A DNA stretch of 64,000 nucleotides from an uncultured Roseburia sp. (GCA_958420225.1 CATZIT010000002.1:204865-268864); one strand, 5' to 3'; positions 6,866 through 17,971 are shown, counted from the first letter of the stretch. Translations and numbers: made by a program. The notes: a model not told the origin generated them from the letters alone.

Positions 6866-8551
6866 ATGCGCTATATAAAAGAAGTATTAAAGAAAAACAG
6901 AATATGGGTATTCGTCTACATTGGACTGGGTGTATTGAATGCGTTCATGGCGAATTACAAGACGGACTATTTCCAAAAGGTCATTGATGGATTGGCGGAT
7001 AGAACACTTACGTTTGCAGGAGTTGTAACATATGGAGCTATTCTGCTGGTAAATTATTGTATGAATTATCTGGATAATTATCCGGAAAAGAAATTGGAAC
7101 ATGGGATTTATCTGGATTTTAAGCTTTTGTCACTTAGAAAAATAAGTAACATTGATTATGCAGAATATCAGAAAATTGGTACTGGCAAACTTGTTCAAAG
7201 GATTGAGAATGGTTCATCAGCGGGCAGAAATGTAGTATTCGATTTCTGGCTATGTTTGATTCGGAACTTAATACCTACAATTGTCTTTGGCGTATACTTT
7301 ATTTGGAAAATAGATAAAAAAGTTACTTATGTATTGTTTGCAGGCTATCTGCTTGTTTTTGTAATAACCAACATTTTACTAAAGTTTTTATATAAAATAA
7401 AAGAAAAAATTTTGAACAGTGAGGAGCTGTTCAATCATTATCTGGTCAGAGGCTTTATGGAAATGCTGGTATTTCGTATGAGCAACCAGTTTCCAAATGA
7501 AATAAAGAAAACCCGTAATGCCAAAGAGGAGATTGTTTCATCGAAAGTAAAAATGAATATGATTCATGAAGCATTTTTTACAATATTTGCGCTGCTTGTG
7601 GCAATGTTAGATATCGGGATTCTTTTTTACGCATGGAAAACGCAAAACCTTACAGTAGGTTCTGTAGTTGCGCTGGTTACACTGATTGAAAATGCTTATA
7701 CGCCAATTGCTATTTTTAATGTACTTTATGTTCAATATAAATTGGACAGGGCGTCCTATAAGAGATTTGAAGAATTTTTAGATTTAAAAGAGGATGTTCA
7801 ATTAGCGAACGGTAATGCAATCAACACGGATGTTGGCGAAATAGCAGTCAGAAACTTATCATTCCAGTATGAGGAACGAAAAATTATTGATGATTTGAGC
7901 CTGTCCATAAAAAAGGGGGAAAAGATAGCTTTTGTAGGAGAAAGTGGTTCCGGAAAATCGACCTTGATTAAGATATTACTGGGGTTATTAAAATACAATC
8001 AGGGAAAAGTTCGCTTGGGAGACATGGAGTTAAGTGGAATTTGTCTTAATGATTTGTATGACAGAGTTAGTTATGTATCACAGGATGCCCCTGTTTTTGA
8101 TGGAACAATAAAGGAAAATCTGGTATTTGACAAAAAGGTGCCGGAAGAACATATGCTGGATGCTTTGAGGGAAGTGCAGCTATCTCATTTGGTTGAGAAT
8201 CTTGCGGAAGGATTAGATACTGAAATTGGTGAGAAAGGTACTTGCTTATCCGGCGGGGAAAAACAAAGACTTGCATTAGCACGCTTATGGTTTGAAGACA
8301 CAGACCTTGTCATTTTGGATGAAGCGACATCTGCAATGGACAATTTAACAGAAGAAAATGTAATGAAATCAGTTATGCAAAAAATGAAAGATAAAACCGT
8401 CATTGCAATTGCGCATAGATTAAATTCCGTTTCTGGTTTTGACAGAATGATTCTATTTCGCGAAGGGAAAATTGTCGGACAGGGGACGTTTGAAGAACTG
8501 CTGCGTACGGATTCTTATTTTATGGACCTGTATCATGCGAGTGTGCAATAA
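6866..8551 (+). CDS. ABC transporter ATP-binding/permease fusion protein (exporter type)
   Basis: Six TM helices followed by an NBD with Walker A GESGSGKST, signature LSGGEKQR and Walker B ILDEATSAMD. Confidence 0.9.
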   Translation: MRYIKEVLKKNRIWVFVYIGLGVLNAFMANYKTDYFQKVIDGLADRTLTFAGVVTYGAILLVNYCMNYLDNYPEKKLEHGIYLDFKLLSLRKISNIDYAEYQKIGTGKLVQRIENGSSAGRNVVFDFWLCLIRNLIPTIVFGVYFIWKIDKKVTYVLFAGYLLVFVITNILLKFLYKIKEKILNSEELFNHYLVRGFMEMLVFRMSNQFPNEIKKTRNAKEEIVSSKVKMNMIHEAFFTIFALLVAMLDIGILFYAWKTQNLTVGSVVALVTLIENAYTPIAIFNVLYVQYKLDRASYKRFEEFLDLKEDVQLANGNAINTDVGEIAVRNLSFQYEERKIIDDLSLSIKKGEKIAFVGESGSGKSTLIKILLGLLKYNQGKVRLGDMELSGICLNDLYDRVSYVSQDAPVFDGTIKENLVFDKKVPEEHMLDALREVQLSHLVENLAEGLDTEIGEKGTCLSGGEKQRLALARLWFEDTDLVILDEATSAMDNLTEENVMKSVMQKMKDKTVIAIAHRLNSVSGFDRMILFREGKIVGQGTFEELLRTDSYFMDLYHASVQ

Positions 8552-8574
8552 TTGGATTTAAAAGGTAGAAGAAA

Positions 8575-9120
8575 ATGGAATATAAAGAAAAAGTAGTTTT
8601 GAAAAATGGTCAGGATTGCATCATACGAAATGCCATCTATGAAGATGGTTCTGAGATGTCGGATTTGTATGCAGTGACACATAGTGAATCTGATTATCTG
8701 CTTTCTTACCCGGAAGAGCATATTTTGGATGCAGAGGGCGAGAGCGAATTTCTTCAAAAAAGAGCCGAAAGTGATAACGAAGTAATGTTAGTAGCTGTTG
8801 TAAATGACAGAATAGTTGCAACAGCAGGTATTTCTGCGGTGGGGAACAAGTATAAGGTCAGACATCGTGCTGAATTTGGAATTGATGTTGTAGAGGAATA
8901 CTGGGGGCTTGGTATCGGGAAGGCGATGATGAAAGCTTGTGTGCAATGTGCCCAAAATGCAGGGTATCAGCAATTAGAGTTGGAGGTAGTTGCAGAGAAC
9001 CAAAGAGCAGAGAATATGTATAAAAGCATTGGATTTGTGGAGTATGGACGTAATCCGCTGGGATTTATTTCAAAGTATTCCGGTCCGCAGGAACTGGTGT
9101 ATATGAGATTGATATTATGA
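8575..9120 (+). CDS. GNAT family N-acetyltransferase
   Basis: GNAT motif A region LGIGKAMM… and overall length and size. Confidence 0.7.
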   Translation: MEYKEKVVLKNGQDCIIRNAIYEDGSEMSDLYAVTHSESDYLLSYPEEHILDAEGESEFLQKRAESDNEVMLVAVVNDRIVATAGISAVGNKYKVRHRAEFGIDVVEEYWGLGIGKAMMKACVQCAQNAGYQQLELEVVAENQRAENMYKSIGFVEYGRNPLGFISKYSGPQELVYMRLIL

Positions 9121-10400
9121 AGTTAAAAAAAAGAGCATTGTGTTGTGTCTGCATCTGGATGATGGCATTCTTATCCGGTTGCACTAAGCCGGAAACCGTG
9201 CAGTCGGATAGTGCGTTGGAAGACAGTGTGTCAGCGGACAGCATGGCATCAGAAATTCAGAATGCACAAACTACAGACATAGACACAACAGAAGAATTGG
9301 AAGAAGAGACCGAAGCGGTCCAAAGAGAATATAAAATTGTCATGGTGGGCGATGTGCTGCTGCATACTCCGGTAGAGGAAAGCTGTAAGCAGGAGGATGG
9401 AAGCTATGATTATGACACTTTGTTTGTGCATACGAAGGATGAGATTTTAGCGGCCGACCTGGCACTCGTGAATCAGGAGGTGATTATAGGCGGCGGAGAG
9501 CTTGGAATTTCCGGGTATCCAAATTTCAATGCGGATTTTAGTCTCTGCGATTCGCTGGTGCGCGCAGGCTTTGATGTGATTTGCCATGCGACGAACCACG
9601 CGCTGGACAAGGGGCGCGTGGGACTGGTAAACTGTGCAAGGCACTGGAAGGAGCAGTATCCGCAGATTACAATTTTAGGAATTCATGATACCGCAGATAC
9701 ATCCACATCCTGCGGTGCGGACCCGACAATTATCGAACTGCCGGACATGAGCATTGCGGTTTTGAATTATACATATGGAACAAACGGGATTCCACTTCCG
9801 GAGGATATGCCATATGCAGTGGATTTGCTGGATGAGAAGCAGGTGGCAGCAGATATCCGCAGGGCAGGAGAACTGGCGGATTTTACCATTGTCTGCCCGC
9901 ACTGGGGTACAGAATACCAGCTGACGCCGGATGCCTCGCAGGAAAAATGGACAAAGATTTTTGTGGAAAATGGTGCAGACCTGGTTCTTGGCACTCACCC
10001 TCACGTCATTGAACCAATCGAATGGGTGGCGGATGAGGAGAGTGGTCATGAAATGCTGGTTTATTATTCGCTGGGCAATTTTGTGAACTGGACTTCCGGC
10101 ACCGGAGAAGGTGTCGCAAACCGCATGGTGGGCGGTATGGCAGAGGTGACCATCACAAAGGGCGATTCCGGTGAGGTTAAGATTACAGACTACGGAGTAC
10201 ATCCGGTCGTAAGTCATGTGACATCCGGTTCCGGCGGTGTAACGACGTATTTCCTTGAGGACTATTCGGAAGAACTGGAAGAGGAAAATGAAATCGTTTT
10301 CCAGGATTCGGATTTTTCCAGGGAATATTGTATTGATTTGTGTAATTCGGTATGGGGGGACCTCTGGAATGCGGAGAAGATTGAGAATTATAAAGACTAA
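9117..10400 (+). CDS. CapA-family (poly-gamma-glutamate biosynthesis/metallophosphatase) lipoprotein
   Basis: Lipoprotein signal …AFLSGC; CapA motifs VMVGDVLLH, CHATNHALD, CPHWGTEYQ, GTHPHV. Confidence 0.8.
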   Translation: MKLKKRALCCVCIWMMAFLSGCTKPETVQSDSALEDSVSADSMASEIQNAQTTDIDTTEELEEETEAVQREYKIVMVGDVLLHTPVEESCKQEDGSYDYDTLFVHTKDEILAADLALVNQEVIIGGGELGISGYPNFNADFSLCDSLVRAGFDVICHATNHALDKGRVGLVNCARHWKEQYPQITILGIHDTADTSTSCGADPTIIELPDMSIAVLNYTYGTNGIPLPEDMPYAVDLLDEKQVAADIRRAGELADFTIVCPHWGTEYQLTPDASQEKWTKIFVENGADLVLGTHPHVIEPIEWVADEESGHEMLVYYSLGNFVNWTSGTGEGVANRMVGGMAEVTITKGDSGEVKITDYGVHPVVSHVTSGSGGVTTYFLEDYSEELEEENEIVFQDSDFSREYCIDLCNSVWGDLWNAEKIENYKD

Positions 10401-10412
10401 AATACATGATAG

Positions 10413-11693
10413 GTGGTGGATGCGATGGAGAAAAATTTACAAAACGAATATCTGGCAATTTTGAAAGAGGAACTGGTTCCGGCGATGGGCTGCACGGAGC
10501 CTATCTCCCTTGCTTATGCGGCAGCGGAAGGACGAAGACACCTGGGATGTGAACCTGAGAAGATTGTTGCGAAATGTTCTGGAAATATGATAAAGAATGT
10601 GCGCTGTGTTACAATTCCAAACTCAGGAGGACTGACCGGAATAGAAACAGCCTGTGTGCTTGGCGCTGTTGCAGGAGATGCAGATGGCAAAATGGAGGTG
10701 CTTGAGCATGTTGATGATGCAGGGAGAGCAAGGGCAAAGGAACTTCTGGAAAAGAAAATATGTACCGTTACATTTTTAGACTCTGAAATACCGCTTCATT
10801 ATATTTTGGAATTGTATGCGGGAGAGGATACAGTTGTTGTTGAGGTCAGACATAGTCATACAAATATTGTGTCTATTATAAAGAATGGGACAACCATATT
10901 TGAGAAGCCAAAGGAATTTGCCCAGACAGGATATATGACAGACAGGAGCTGTTTGTCTATAGAGGCAATTAAGGCTTTTGCAGATGAAGTAGAGCTTGAC
11001 AGGATAAAAGATATATATGAGCGTCAGATTCGTTATAATATGGATATTGCATATGAGGGAATCTCAGGTGATTACGGGCTCGGAATAGGGCGTGTGATTC
11101 GGGAATCCTACGCAGATGGAGTCATTACACGAATGAAAGCGTATGCAGCCGCAGCGTCAGAAGCACGTATGGGGGGATGCGATATGCCTGTAATCATTAA
11201 TTCCGGAAGTGGCAACCAGGGAATCGCATCATCGGTTCCTGTCATTGTGTACGCAAGAGAAAAGAATATTCCAACGGAAAAACTATATCGTGCGCTGGCT
11301 TTTTCATCCTTGCTTACGATTTATCAAAAAGAGTTTATAGGAAAGCTGTCAGCGTTCTGTGGCGCCGTCTCGGCATCCTGTGCGTCTGCAGCGGCAATTA
11401 CATATCTGGTGGGGGGAAGTATCTCACAGATTAAGGCAACGATTGATAATACGCTGGCAAACATTCCGGGTATTATTTGTGATGGTGCAAAGATTTCATG
11501 CGCTGCAAAGATAGCGTCGAGTCTTGACGCAGCCATGATGGCACACCATCTTGCAATGAAAAACAGGAAATATGAAGCCTATACAGGAATATTAAAAGAG
11601 AATGCAGGAGAAACTATAAGCTGCGTTGGGTATATTGGAAAGGTTGGAATGCATCAGACGGATAAAGAGATTATCAAAATGATGCTAGAGTAG
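10413..11693 (+). CDS. L-cysteine desulfidase / serine dehydratase-like family protein (UPF0597, YhaM-like)
   Basis: N-terminal MGCTEPISLAYAAA motif characteristic of the family; ~425 aa. Confidence 0.7.
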   Translation: MVDAMEKNLQNEYLAILKEELVPAMGCTEPISLAYAAAEGRRHLGCEPEKIVAKCSGNMIKNVRCVTIPNSGGLTGIETACVLGAVAGDADGKMEVLEHVDDAGRARAKELLEKKICTVTFLDSEIPLHYILELYAGEDTVVVEVRHSHTNIVSIIKNGTTIFEKPKEFAQTGYMTDRSCLSIEAIKAFADEVELDRIKDIYERQIRYNMDIAYEGISGDYGLGIGRVIRESYADGVITRMKAYAAAASEARMGGCDMPVIINSGSGNQGIASSVPVIVYAREKNIPTEKLYRALAFSSLLTIYQKEFIGKLSAFCGAVSASCASAAAITYLVGGSISQIKATIDNTLANIPGIICDGAKISCAAKIASSLDAAMMAHHLAMKNRKYEAYTGILKENAGETISCVGYIGKVGMHQTDKEIIKMMLE

Positions 11694-11704
11694 AGGAAAT
11701 TGAT

Positions 11705-12565
11705 ATGTACGATTGTATTATTGTAGGAACAGGACCAGCAGGTCTCTCAGCAGCACTTAATTTGAAGACTTATAACAAGGATTTTATATGGTTTGGCTCA
11801 AAGCGGTTATCGGAAAAGGTTGTAAAGGCAGAAAAGATTATGAATTATCCGGGAATCCCGGCTGTGACAGGCAGGGAGCTTTTCGACAGGTTTAACGAAC
11901 ATATAAAGGAAGCTGACCTCGAAATTACGGAGAAGACAGTTACCAATATTATGAACGCGGGCGATTACTATATGCTTCTTGCGGATAATGAGATTTATGA
12001 GACGAAAACAGTAATCCTTTGTATGGGGGTAATGAGTGCCAGGGCACTGGATAACGAGGATGCCCTGCTTGGCAAGGGCGTAAGTTACTGCGCAACCTGT
12101 GATGGAATGTTTTACAAAAATAAAAAAATAGCAGTTATCTCAAATGATCCTAAATATGAGCATGAAGTGGAATATCTGGCGGATCTGGCATCGGAGGTAA
12201 CATTTTTCCCAAGCTATAAGGATGCAAAGATTGAGCATGAGAATGTGACAATTTCTACAGATGCACCGGTTGCTGTGAATGGAGAAAATCATGTGTCATC
12301 TTTAACATTGCGAAGCGGGAAAATGATAGAGCTTGATGGGATATTTTGTCTGCGCAATGCAATTGCCCCTGCAAAATTACTTCCAGGGATTGAAATTGAC
12401 AATGGACATATTGTGGTAAACCGAGAGATGGAGACGAACCTTAAGGGCTGCTTTGCGGCAGGAGACTGCACAGGAAGGCCATACCAGTACACAAAGGCTG
12501 TTGGAGAAGGAAATGTTGCGGCTCATTCGTGTATCGAATATCTGGCAGAAATTAAGGAAAAATGA
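11705..12565 (+). CDS. thioredoxin-reductase-like NAD(P)/FAD-dependent oxidoreductase
   Basis: GTGPAG dinucleotide fold, redox CATCDG, C-terminal GDCTGRPYQ. Confidence 0.8.
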   Translation: MYDCIIVGTGPAGLSAALNLKTYNKDFIWFGSKRLSEKVVKAEKIMNYPGIPAVTGRELFDRFNEHIKEADLEITEKTVTNIMNAGDYYMLLADNEIYETKTVILCMGVMSARALDNEDALLGKGVSYCATCDGMFYKNKKIAVISNDPKYEHEVEYLADLASEVTFFPSYKDAKIEHENVTISTDAPVAVNGENHVSSLTLRSGKMIELDGIFCLRNAIAPAKLLPGIEIDNGHIVVNREMETNLKGCFAAGDCTGRPYQYTKAVGEGNVAAHSCIEYLAEIKEK

Positions 12566-12782
12566 GTAAGAAAAGGTTGACTTCAAATATAATTAGAACA
12601 GTGGAATTATGCTTGAGAATGTCAGAGGACTTGTTCGGCATATAATGATGGTATAATTTGTATATCGGCAGTGGCTGGAAGGAAATCAACAAATTAGAGA
12701 ATACGGTATAGAGGCATTTTGGAAAAATAATTCTGAAAATCCGCATTATAAACCGTATAAAAAGTAATTAAAATTCTAATGT

Positions 12783-13325
12783 ATGTGTAGACGGACTGAT
12801 ACAGATGAAAAAGGACCTTGGCAGGGGAAAGGATTTTGCAGATATTGCATTAATAAAAAAATGGTTGATTTATATACACCACAATATGAAGATTTATGGT
12901 TTCGCGAGATGCTTATGAGTGATGAAGCTACGATGTCCTATAACCACGCCTATGGAGGAACGATTGATTTCCCGGAAAGTATATGGATGGATTGGTATGA
13001 GCGCTGGATTCAAAATACGGATGGAAAAAGATTTTACCAATATTTGCGAAATGGGAAACAGGAATTTGTCGGTGAAATTGCGTATTATTACGATGGCAAA
13101 AGAAATATTGCAAATGTAATCATCTATTCCAGGTATCGGGGAAAAGGATATGGAAGGGAAGGACTTCGCTTACTCTGCGAGGAGGCAAAAAAGCGGGGAA
13201 TTGAGGAATTGTATGACGACATTGCAATAGACAATCCCGCAATTACGTTATTCCTGCAAATGGGGTTTGTTGAGGAGTATAGAACAGAAGAAATTGTGAT
13301 GTTAAAGAAAAAGCTGGCAGAGTGA
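12783..13325 (+). CDS. GNAT family N-acetyltransferase (true start possibly 12850)
   Basis: RGKGYGREGLRLL GNAT motif A; extended -10 TGGTATAAT at ~12651. Confidence 0.65.
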   Translation: MCRRTDTDEKGPWQGKGFCRYCINKKMVDLYTPQYEDLWFREMLMSDEATMSYNHAYGGTIDFPESIWMDWYERWIQNTDGKRFYQYLRNGKQEFVGEIAYYYDGKRNIANVIIYSRYRGKGYGREGLRLLCEEAKKRGIEELYDDIAIDNPAITLFLQMGFVEEYRTEEIVMLKKKLAE

Positions 13326-13529
13326 AATTTTTTTATTAAAAAAACAATGGAGAAAAATAACATGAAAATATACGAAGCCGAGAAGAGGATACTTTTACAG
13401 GATGCTCTTTGAGAAATCTGGGAGGATTCTGTCAGAGCAACACATCTGTTCCTTTCGGATGCAGAGATTGGTCAAAACAGAGAGTATGTTCCTCCGCTTT
13501 TGTATATGAAACGGCAGAAGGAGGATTTT

Positions 13530-14330
13530 ATGTATACAGCATTAACGATTGCAGGGAGTGATTCCTGTGGAGGTGCCGGCATCCAGGCAGATATTAAGAC
13601 GATGACCGCAAACCGTGTTTACGCAATGAGTGTCATTACGGCTCTGACAGCACAGAATACAACCGGCGTAACGGATATTATGGAAGTGCCACCGAAATTT
13701 CTGGCGGAGCAGCTCGACAGTATTTTTACGGATATCCGTCCGGATGCGGTTAAAATCGGAATGGTTTCCTCGGGGAAACTGATTGAGACAATTGCGGAAA
13801 AATTGACAGAGTACCATGCAAAAAACATTGTCGTGGATCCGGTCATGGTGGCAACCAGTGGGGCGAGACTGATGGACGAGGATGCCATTGACATTCTGAA
13901 AAGAAAATTACTGCCCCTTGCAACGGTTATCACGCCCAATATCCCGGAGGCAGAGGTGCTTTCCGGAATGGAAATCCAAACAGCGGAAGATATGGAAAAA
14001 GCAGCAGAAATCATTTGTAACACTTTAGGCGGTGCGGTTTTGCTGAAGGGAGGTCATCAGTTAAATGATGCCAACGACCTTCTTTTCCAGAAAGGGAGAG
14101 ACCCGGTATGGTTCCATGGAAAGAGAATTGACAATCCCAATACCCATGGAACAGGCTGTACGCTTTCGTCTGCAATCGCATCGAATCTTGCGAAGGGAAG
14201 AGACTTAGAAACTTCTGTTAAGTATGCAAAAAATTATATTTCCGGTGCACTTGCCGACATGCTTGATCTTGGAAAAGGAAGCGGGCCTATGAACCATGCA
14301 TTTGCAATCGAAGGGGAATACAAAGAATAA
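13530..14330 (+). CDS. thiD: hydroxymethylpyrimidine/phosphomethylpyrimidine kinase
   Basis: MYTALTIAGSDSCGGAGIQADIKT N-terminus typical of ThiD/PdxK; RBS GAAGGAGGA. Confidence 0.85.
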   Translation: MYTALTIAGSDSCGGAGIQADIKTMTANRVYAMSVITALTAQNTTGVTDIMEVPPKFLAEQLDSIFTDIRPDAVKIGMVSSGKLIETIAEKLTEYHAKNIVVDPVMVATSGARLMDEDAIDILKRKLLPLATVITPNIPEAEVLSGMEIQTAEDMEKAAEIICNTLGGAVLLKGGHQLNDANDLLFQKGRDPVWFHGKRIDNPNTHGTGCTLSSAIASNLAKGRDLETSVKYAKNYISGALADMLDLGKGSGPMNHAFAIEGEYKE

Positions 14331-14436
14331 GTAAAATGATATAAAAACGTATGAAGATGAAGGAAGAGCATTTGCAGAAAATATCATTATTAGAAAATTT
14401 GAAAAAGCGCCGTGCTGGTATCAGGGTATCCGGTTT

Positions 14437-15474
14437 TCACCAGATACCCTGAATATGCTGCATACCTAAACTTGTAAGTGTAATGCCGACCCAGCAGCAT
14501 AAGCCAAGGAGAAGCGGCTTGCCGCCTGATTTGATAAGCTGCGGGACATTGCTGTTTAAGCCGATGGCAGCCATTGCCATAATGATAAAGAATTTGGACA
14601 GCTCTTTTAACGGTGTAAATACACTGGCATCAATTCCGGCGTGGATACAGAGTGTCGTAACGATGGATGCAGCGATAAAATAAAGAATAAACATCGGAAA
14701 TGCTTTTTTGATGCTGAATCCGTTTGTTTTTGTTCCGTTTTTTGCAGCTTTTTTTGTGCGTATCCAGGAGAGCACCAGCGTAATCGGAATGATGGCGAGC
14801 GTTCTGGTCAGTTTTACAGTTACGGCAGTATTTAAAGTTTCACTGCCGAGATTCCACATACTGTCCCAGGTGGATGCGGCGGCGGTTACGGAGGAAGTGT
14901 CGTTGATAGCTGTTCCGGCAAAGATACCGAAGGAAGTACCGGTTGTTGTGTCAAATCCCAATGCGCTGCCGAGCATCGGGAAAAAGATGGCAGCAAGTAC
15001 ATTGAAGAAAAAGATGACGGAAATAGACTGTGCCACTTCTGTGTCATCCGCATCGATGACCGGAGCTGTCGCCGCAATTGCGGAACCACCGCAGATAGAG
15101 GAACCAACGCCAACCAGTGTCGCAGTGTTAGAAGGAATGTGCATGACTTTGTGGAGAATCCATGCAATGAGTAACGAGACACTGATGGTGCTTAAAATAA
15201 TTGGGAGGGACTGTTTTCCGGTCTGTAAAATGACGCCGAGGTTCATGCCAAAGCCAAGCAGGACAACCGCCGTCTGAAGAATATATTTTGACGTCCACTT
15301 AATACCGGATGCCGCGGTTCCTTTTTCGCTCCAGAACAGGGTGATAATCATTCCGGCTAAGATTGCAATCACAGCTCCGCCAATGATGGGAAACTGTTTT
15401 CCGAGCAGCCAGGATGGCACAGCAATTAACAGGCAGACCAGGATTCCGCTGCCGTTTTTCTTAAAAAAATTCAT
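14437..15474 (-). CDS. YeiH/UPF0324 family putative sulfate exporter-type membrane transporter
   Basis: ~10 TM helices; N-terminal pattern matches the YeiH family. Confidence 0.7.
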   Translation of the reverse strand: MNFFKKNGSGILVCLLIAVPSWLLGKQFPIIGGAVIAILAGMIITLFWSEKGTAASGIKWTSKYILQTAVVLLGFGMNLGVILQTGKQSLPIILSTISVSLLIAWILHKVMHIPSNTATLVGVGSSICGGSAIAATAPVIDADDTEVAQSISVIFFFNVLAAIFFPMLGSALGFDTTTGTSFGIFAGTAINDTSSVTAAASTWDSMWNLGSETLNTAVTVKLTRTLAIIPITLVLSWIRTKKAAKNGTKTNGFSIKKAFPMFILYFIAASIVTTLCIHAGIDASVFTPLKELSKFFIIMAMAAIGLNSNVPQLIKSGGKPLLLGLCCWVGITLTSLGMQHIQGIW

Positions 15475-15667
15475 AAGATACTCCTCACTTTCTTTTGATA
15501 CTGTCTTATCTTAACATTTCAAAATCATATGTCAAACAAATATATTTTGCAGAGGAGAATTTCTGCGTGATTCCACAAAATCAATTGATAAAAGGATTAT
15601 TTCCCGATATAATAAGCGCAGACAATGTATCGGATGTGGCAGCAGATGCTGCATCAGGAGGAAAATA

Positions 15668-16111
15668 ATGAATGACAACAGTAATAAAAACCGGGATGAA
15701 GGACTTCTTGGAAATGAACGGATAGAGGAGGCAATCGTTGCACTTCAGAAAGAGTCGACGCAGGAACAGCTCGCTCATACTCTGACGGTCATCAGACGGC
15801 GCATAAGAGAGGGCGGTCAGATGATTGTTGCAGTTGAGCCGGTGCCGGGCAATGCGCAGATGAGTCTTAAGACGGTTCAGACCGGGGACGGGCTTAGCTG
15901 GTGGTATGCATTTACCAGCTTTGAGGAGGAATTAAAAGGAGCAGAGAATGTTAAGTCAACGTTTCTTGCAGATATCGGGAAACTGTTCGAGACGGCGCTT
16001 GGTGTTCCGGAGATAGAGGGGATTATCGTAAATCCGTGGAATAAAACCATTATGCTGGATAAGAAGCTCATACGGATTATCCGGAACCGGATACAGTTGC
16101 CGGAAAATTAA
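15668..16111 (+). CDS. SseB-family-like protein
   Basis: Weak resemblance only. Confidence 0.3.
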   Translation: MNDNSNKNRDEGLLGNERIEEAIVALQKESTQEQLAHTLTVIRRRIREGGQMIVAVEPVPGNAQMSLKTVQTGDGLSWWYAFTSFEEELKGAENVKSTFLADIGKLFETALGVPEIEGIIVNPWNKTIMLDKKLIRIIRNRIQLPEN

Positions 16112-16144
16112 CAATTTTAAAATCAAAATGGCAGGATAAAGAGG

Positions 16145-16636
16145 ATGCAGAATCTGACAATTGAAAAGGCGGAGTTGAACGATTTACCGAAGATGATGGA
16201 GATCTATGCGTATGCCCGCGAGTTTATGAAAAAGACAGGAAATCCAAACCAGTGGAGTGACAAATTTCCCGAGGAGGCGGTGCTCCGTGACGATATTCAG
16301 GCGGGAAATCTGTATGTGATAAAAGAAAATGGATCGATTCATGCTGTGTTTGCGCTTATTATCGGGGAAGACCCGACATATGTGCACATTGAGCAGGGGG
16401 CGTGGCATTCGGATGCAACGTATGGAACCATCCACCGGGTGGCAGGAGACGGAAAGCTTCATGGCATTTTTGCGTTGGTGACAGAGTTTTGCAGCAGGAA
16501 AATCAGCCATCTGCGCGTGGATACACACCGGGACAATCAGGTGATGCAGCATCTGATTTTGCGGAACGGTTTTGAAGAATGTGGCGTCATTTATGTGGCA
16601 GACGGAACGCCCCGCCTTGCCTATGAGAAATTGTAA
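16145..16636 (+). CDS. GNAT family N-acetyltransferase
   Basis: Size and motif. Confidence 0.6.
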   Translation: MQNLTIEKAELNDLPKMMEIYAYAREFMKKTGNPNQWSDKFPEEAVLRDDIQAGNLYVIKENGSIHAVFALIIGEDPTYVHIEQGAWHSDATYGTIHRVAGDGKLHGIFALVTEFCSRKISHLRVDTHRDNQVMQHLILRNGFEECGVIYVADGTPRLAYEKL

Positions 16637-16726
16637 AATTTTGATTGCGTATTCTCCTCAAAAGCGTTATAAATAAAATATGAATGATTGCTCATATAAA
16701 CATATGAAGGCGGAGGTGCAGAGGTT

Positions 16727-17359
16727 ATGAAGTATGTGGGAATGCCGATGGGCATGTGGGTTGTGTTTGGCAAATCATTTCGGAAGAATCTGACAACTGT
16801 TTTGGGGCTGGACGAAAAAACGGCAAAGCAGGTGAGTGCGAAGGCAAAGGTAAAATATAAGGAAATCATTGCAAAGTTACCGGATTTTGAAAAAGAAGAC
16901 CGGTTTCAGATGAACCTGGTAAACTGCGCAATGCTTTCCTCTTTTTTGTTAAATCTGCCCAAAAGACCAAACGTAGAGAAGACGACCGAGTACTATAAAC
17001 GGGCGATGATGACAAAGCTTATGAAGTGGTTTTGCAGACAGAGCGGCAAAGGAAAGTATTCTGCAAAGGACATACAGGCGATGAAGAAAACAGCAGAATT
17101 AAAAGCGGCGGATCGTAATCCGTATTCCTGGAACATGGATTTTTATGAGTATGAGGATGGAAGCGGCTATGAAGCGCGGTTTACAAAATGTGGAATCTGT
17201 GTTCTGATGAAGGAATTGGGGCTGACAGAACTGATTCCTGCGATGTGCAGGCTGGACTACACGATGAGTGAGGCAGGCGGAGTGACGAACTTTGTAAGAG
17301 AATATACGCTGGCATCCGGAGGACCGTACTGTGACTGCGGATATAAAAAGAAAGCATAA
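16727..17359 (+). CDS. L-2-amino-thiazoline-4-carboxylate hydrolase-like (ATC hydrolase family) protein
   Basis: Cys-rich C-terminal signature …TKCGICVLMKELG…CRLDYT…GGPYCDC. Confidence 0.45.
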   Translation: MKYVGMPMGMWVVFGKSFRKNLTTVLGLDEKTAKQVSAKAKVKYKEIIAKLPDFEKEDRFQMNLVNCAMLSSFLLNLPKRPNVEKTTEYYKRAMMTKLMKWFCRQSGKGKYSAKDIQAMKKTAELKAADRNPYSWNMDFYEYEDGSGYEARFTKCGICVLMKELGLTELIPAMCRLDYTMSEAGGVTNFVREYTLASGGPYCDCGYKKKA

Positions 17360-17379
17360 AATGGGGAGAGCAGGAGAAA

Positions 17380-17652
17380 ATGAACGAGAAAGTCAGAAAA
17401 CACATTCTTTTTTATGGGCGCGTTCAGGGAGTCGGTTTTCGCTATTACGCTGTCCACAAAGCTAGTCAGCTCGGGTTGACAGGATGGGTGCGAAACCTGT
17501 ACGATGGAAGTGTGGAGATGGAAGTGGAGGGGCAGGAGCCCCTGATTGATGAACTGATTCTTTTTTTGCAGAATCGCAGTTATATCTGGATTGAAAACAT
17601 GGAGGCAAAGTCGATTCCGCTAGAGCATGACACTGGATTTTATGAAAGGTAG
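17380..17652 (+). CDS. acylphosphatase
   Basis: GRVQGVGFRYY signature. Confidence 0.85.
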   Translation: MNEKVRKHILFYGRVQGVGFRYYAVHKASQLGLTGWVRNLYDGSVEMEVEGQEPLIDELILFLQNRSYIWIENMEAKSIPLEHDTGFYER

Positions 17653-17658
17653 GATGGA

Positions 17659-17971
17659 ATGTTTCCGACAATTGAAGAGGCGAGAAAAGAACTGGAACTG
17701 GCAGAAAAATTAAATCCCGGTCCGTGGGTTAAACATTCGATAAATGCAGGCATTCTATGGATTTGTAATTCTGGAAAAACGGTTTGTGGATGTAACGCGC
17801 AGATATGGAATTATGAAAACTTATATACAGGGGTGGGACACAACGTTTCACAATAAAGAGTATTTTGAAGAAAAAATGGGCTGTTCCATTTATGATGTGT
17901 TGCCGGATATTGGAAGAACAACGTTATTATGCCCGCCACCGTGGAAGCCGACGGGAAAGAAGGATAGCTGA
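17659..17971 (+). pseudogene. two overlapping ORFs in different frames; N-terminus resembles YqeK-type HD phosphohydrolases (…NPGPWVKHS…); possibly a frameshifted gene
   Basis: ORFs 17659-17856 and 17744-17971 overlap out of frame. Confidence 0.25.

Noticed and set aside
13330-13529. Possible TPP riboswitch upstream of thiD
   Set aside because: The region contains TTGAGA and some stems, but lacks the conserved ACCC…TGAACCTGATCTGGATAATGCCAGCG…AGGGA core. No call made.
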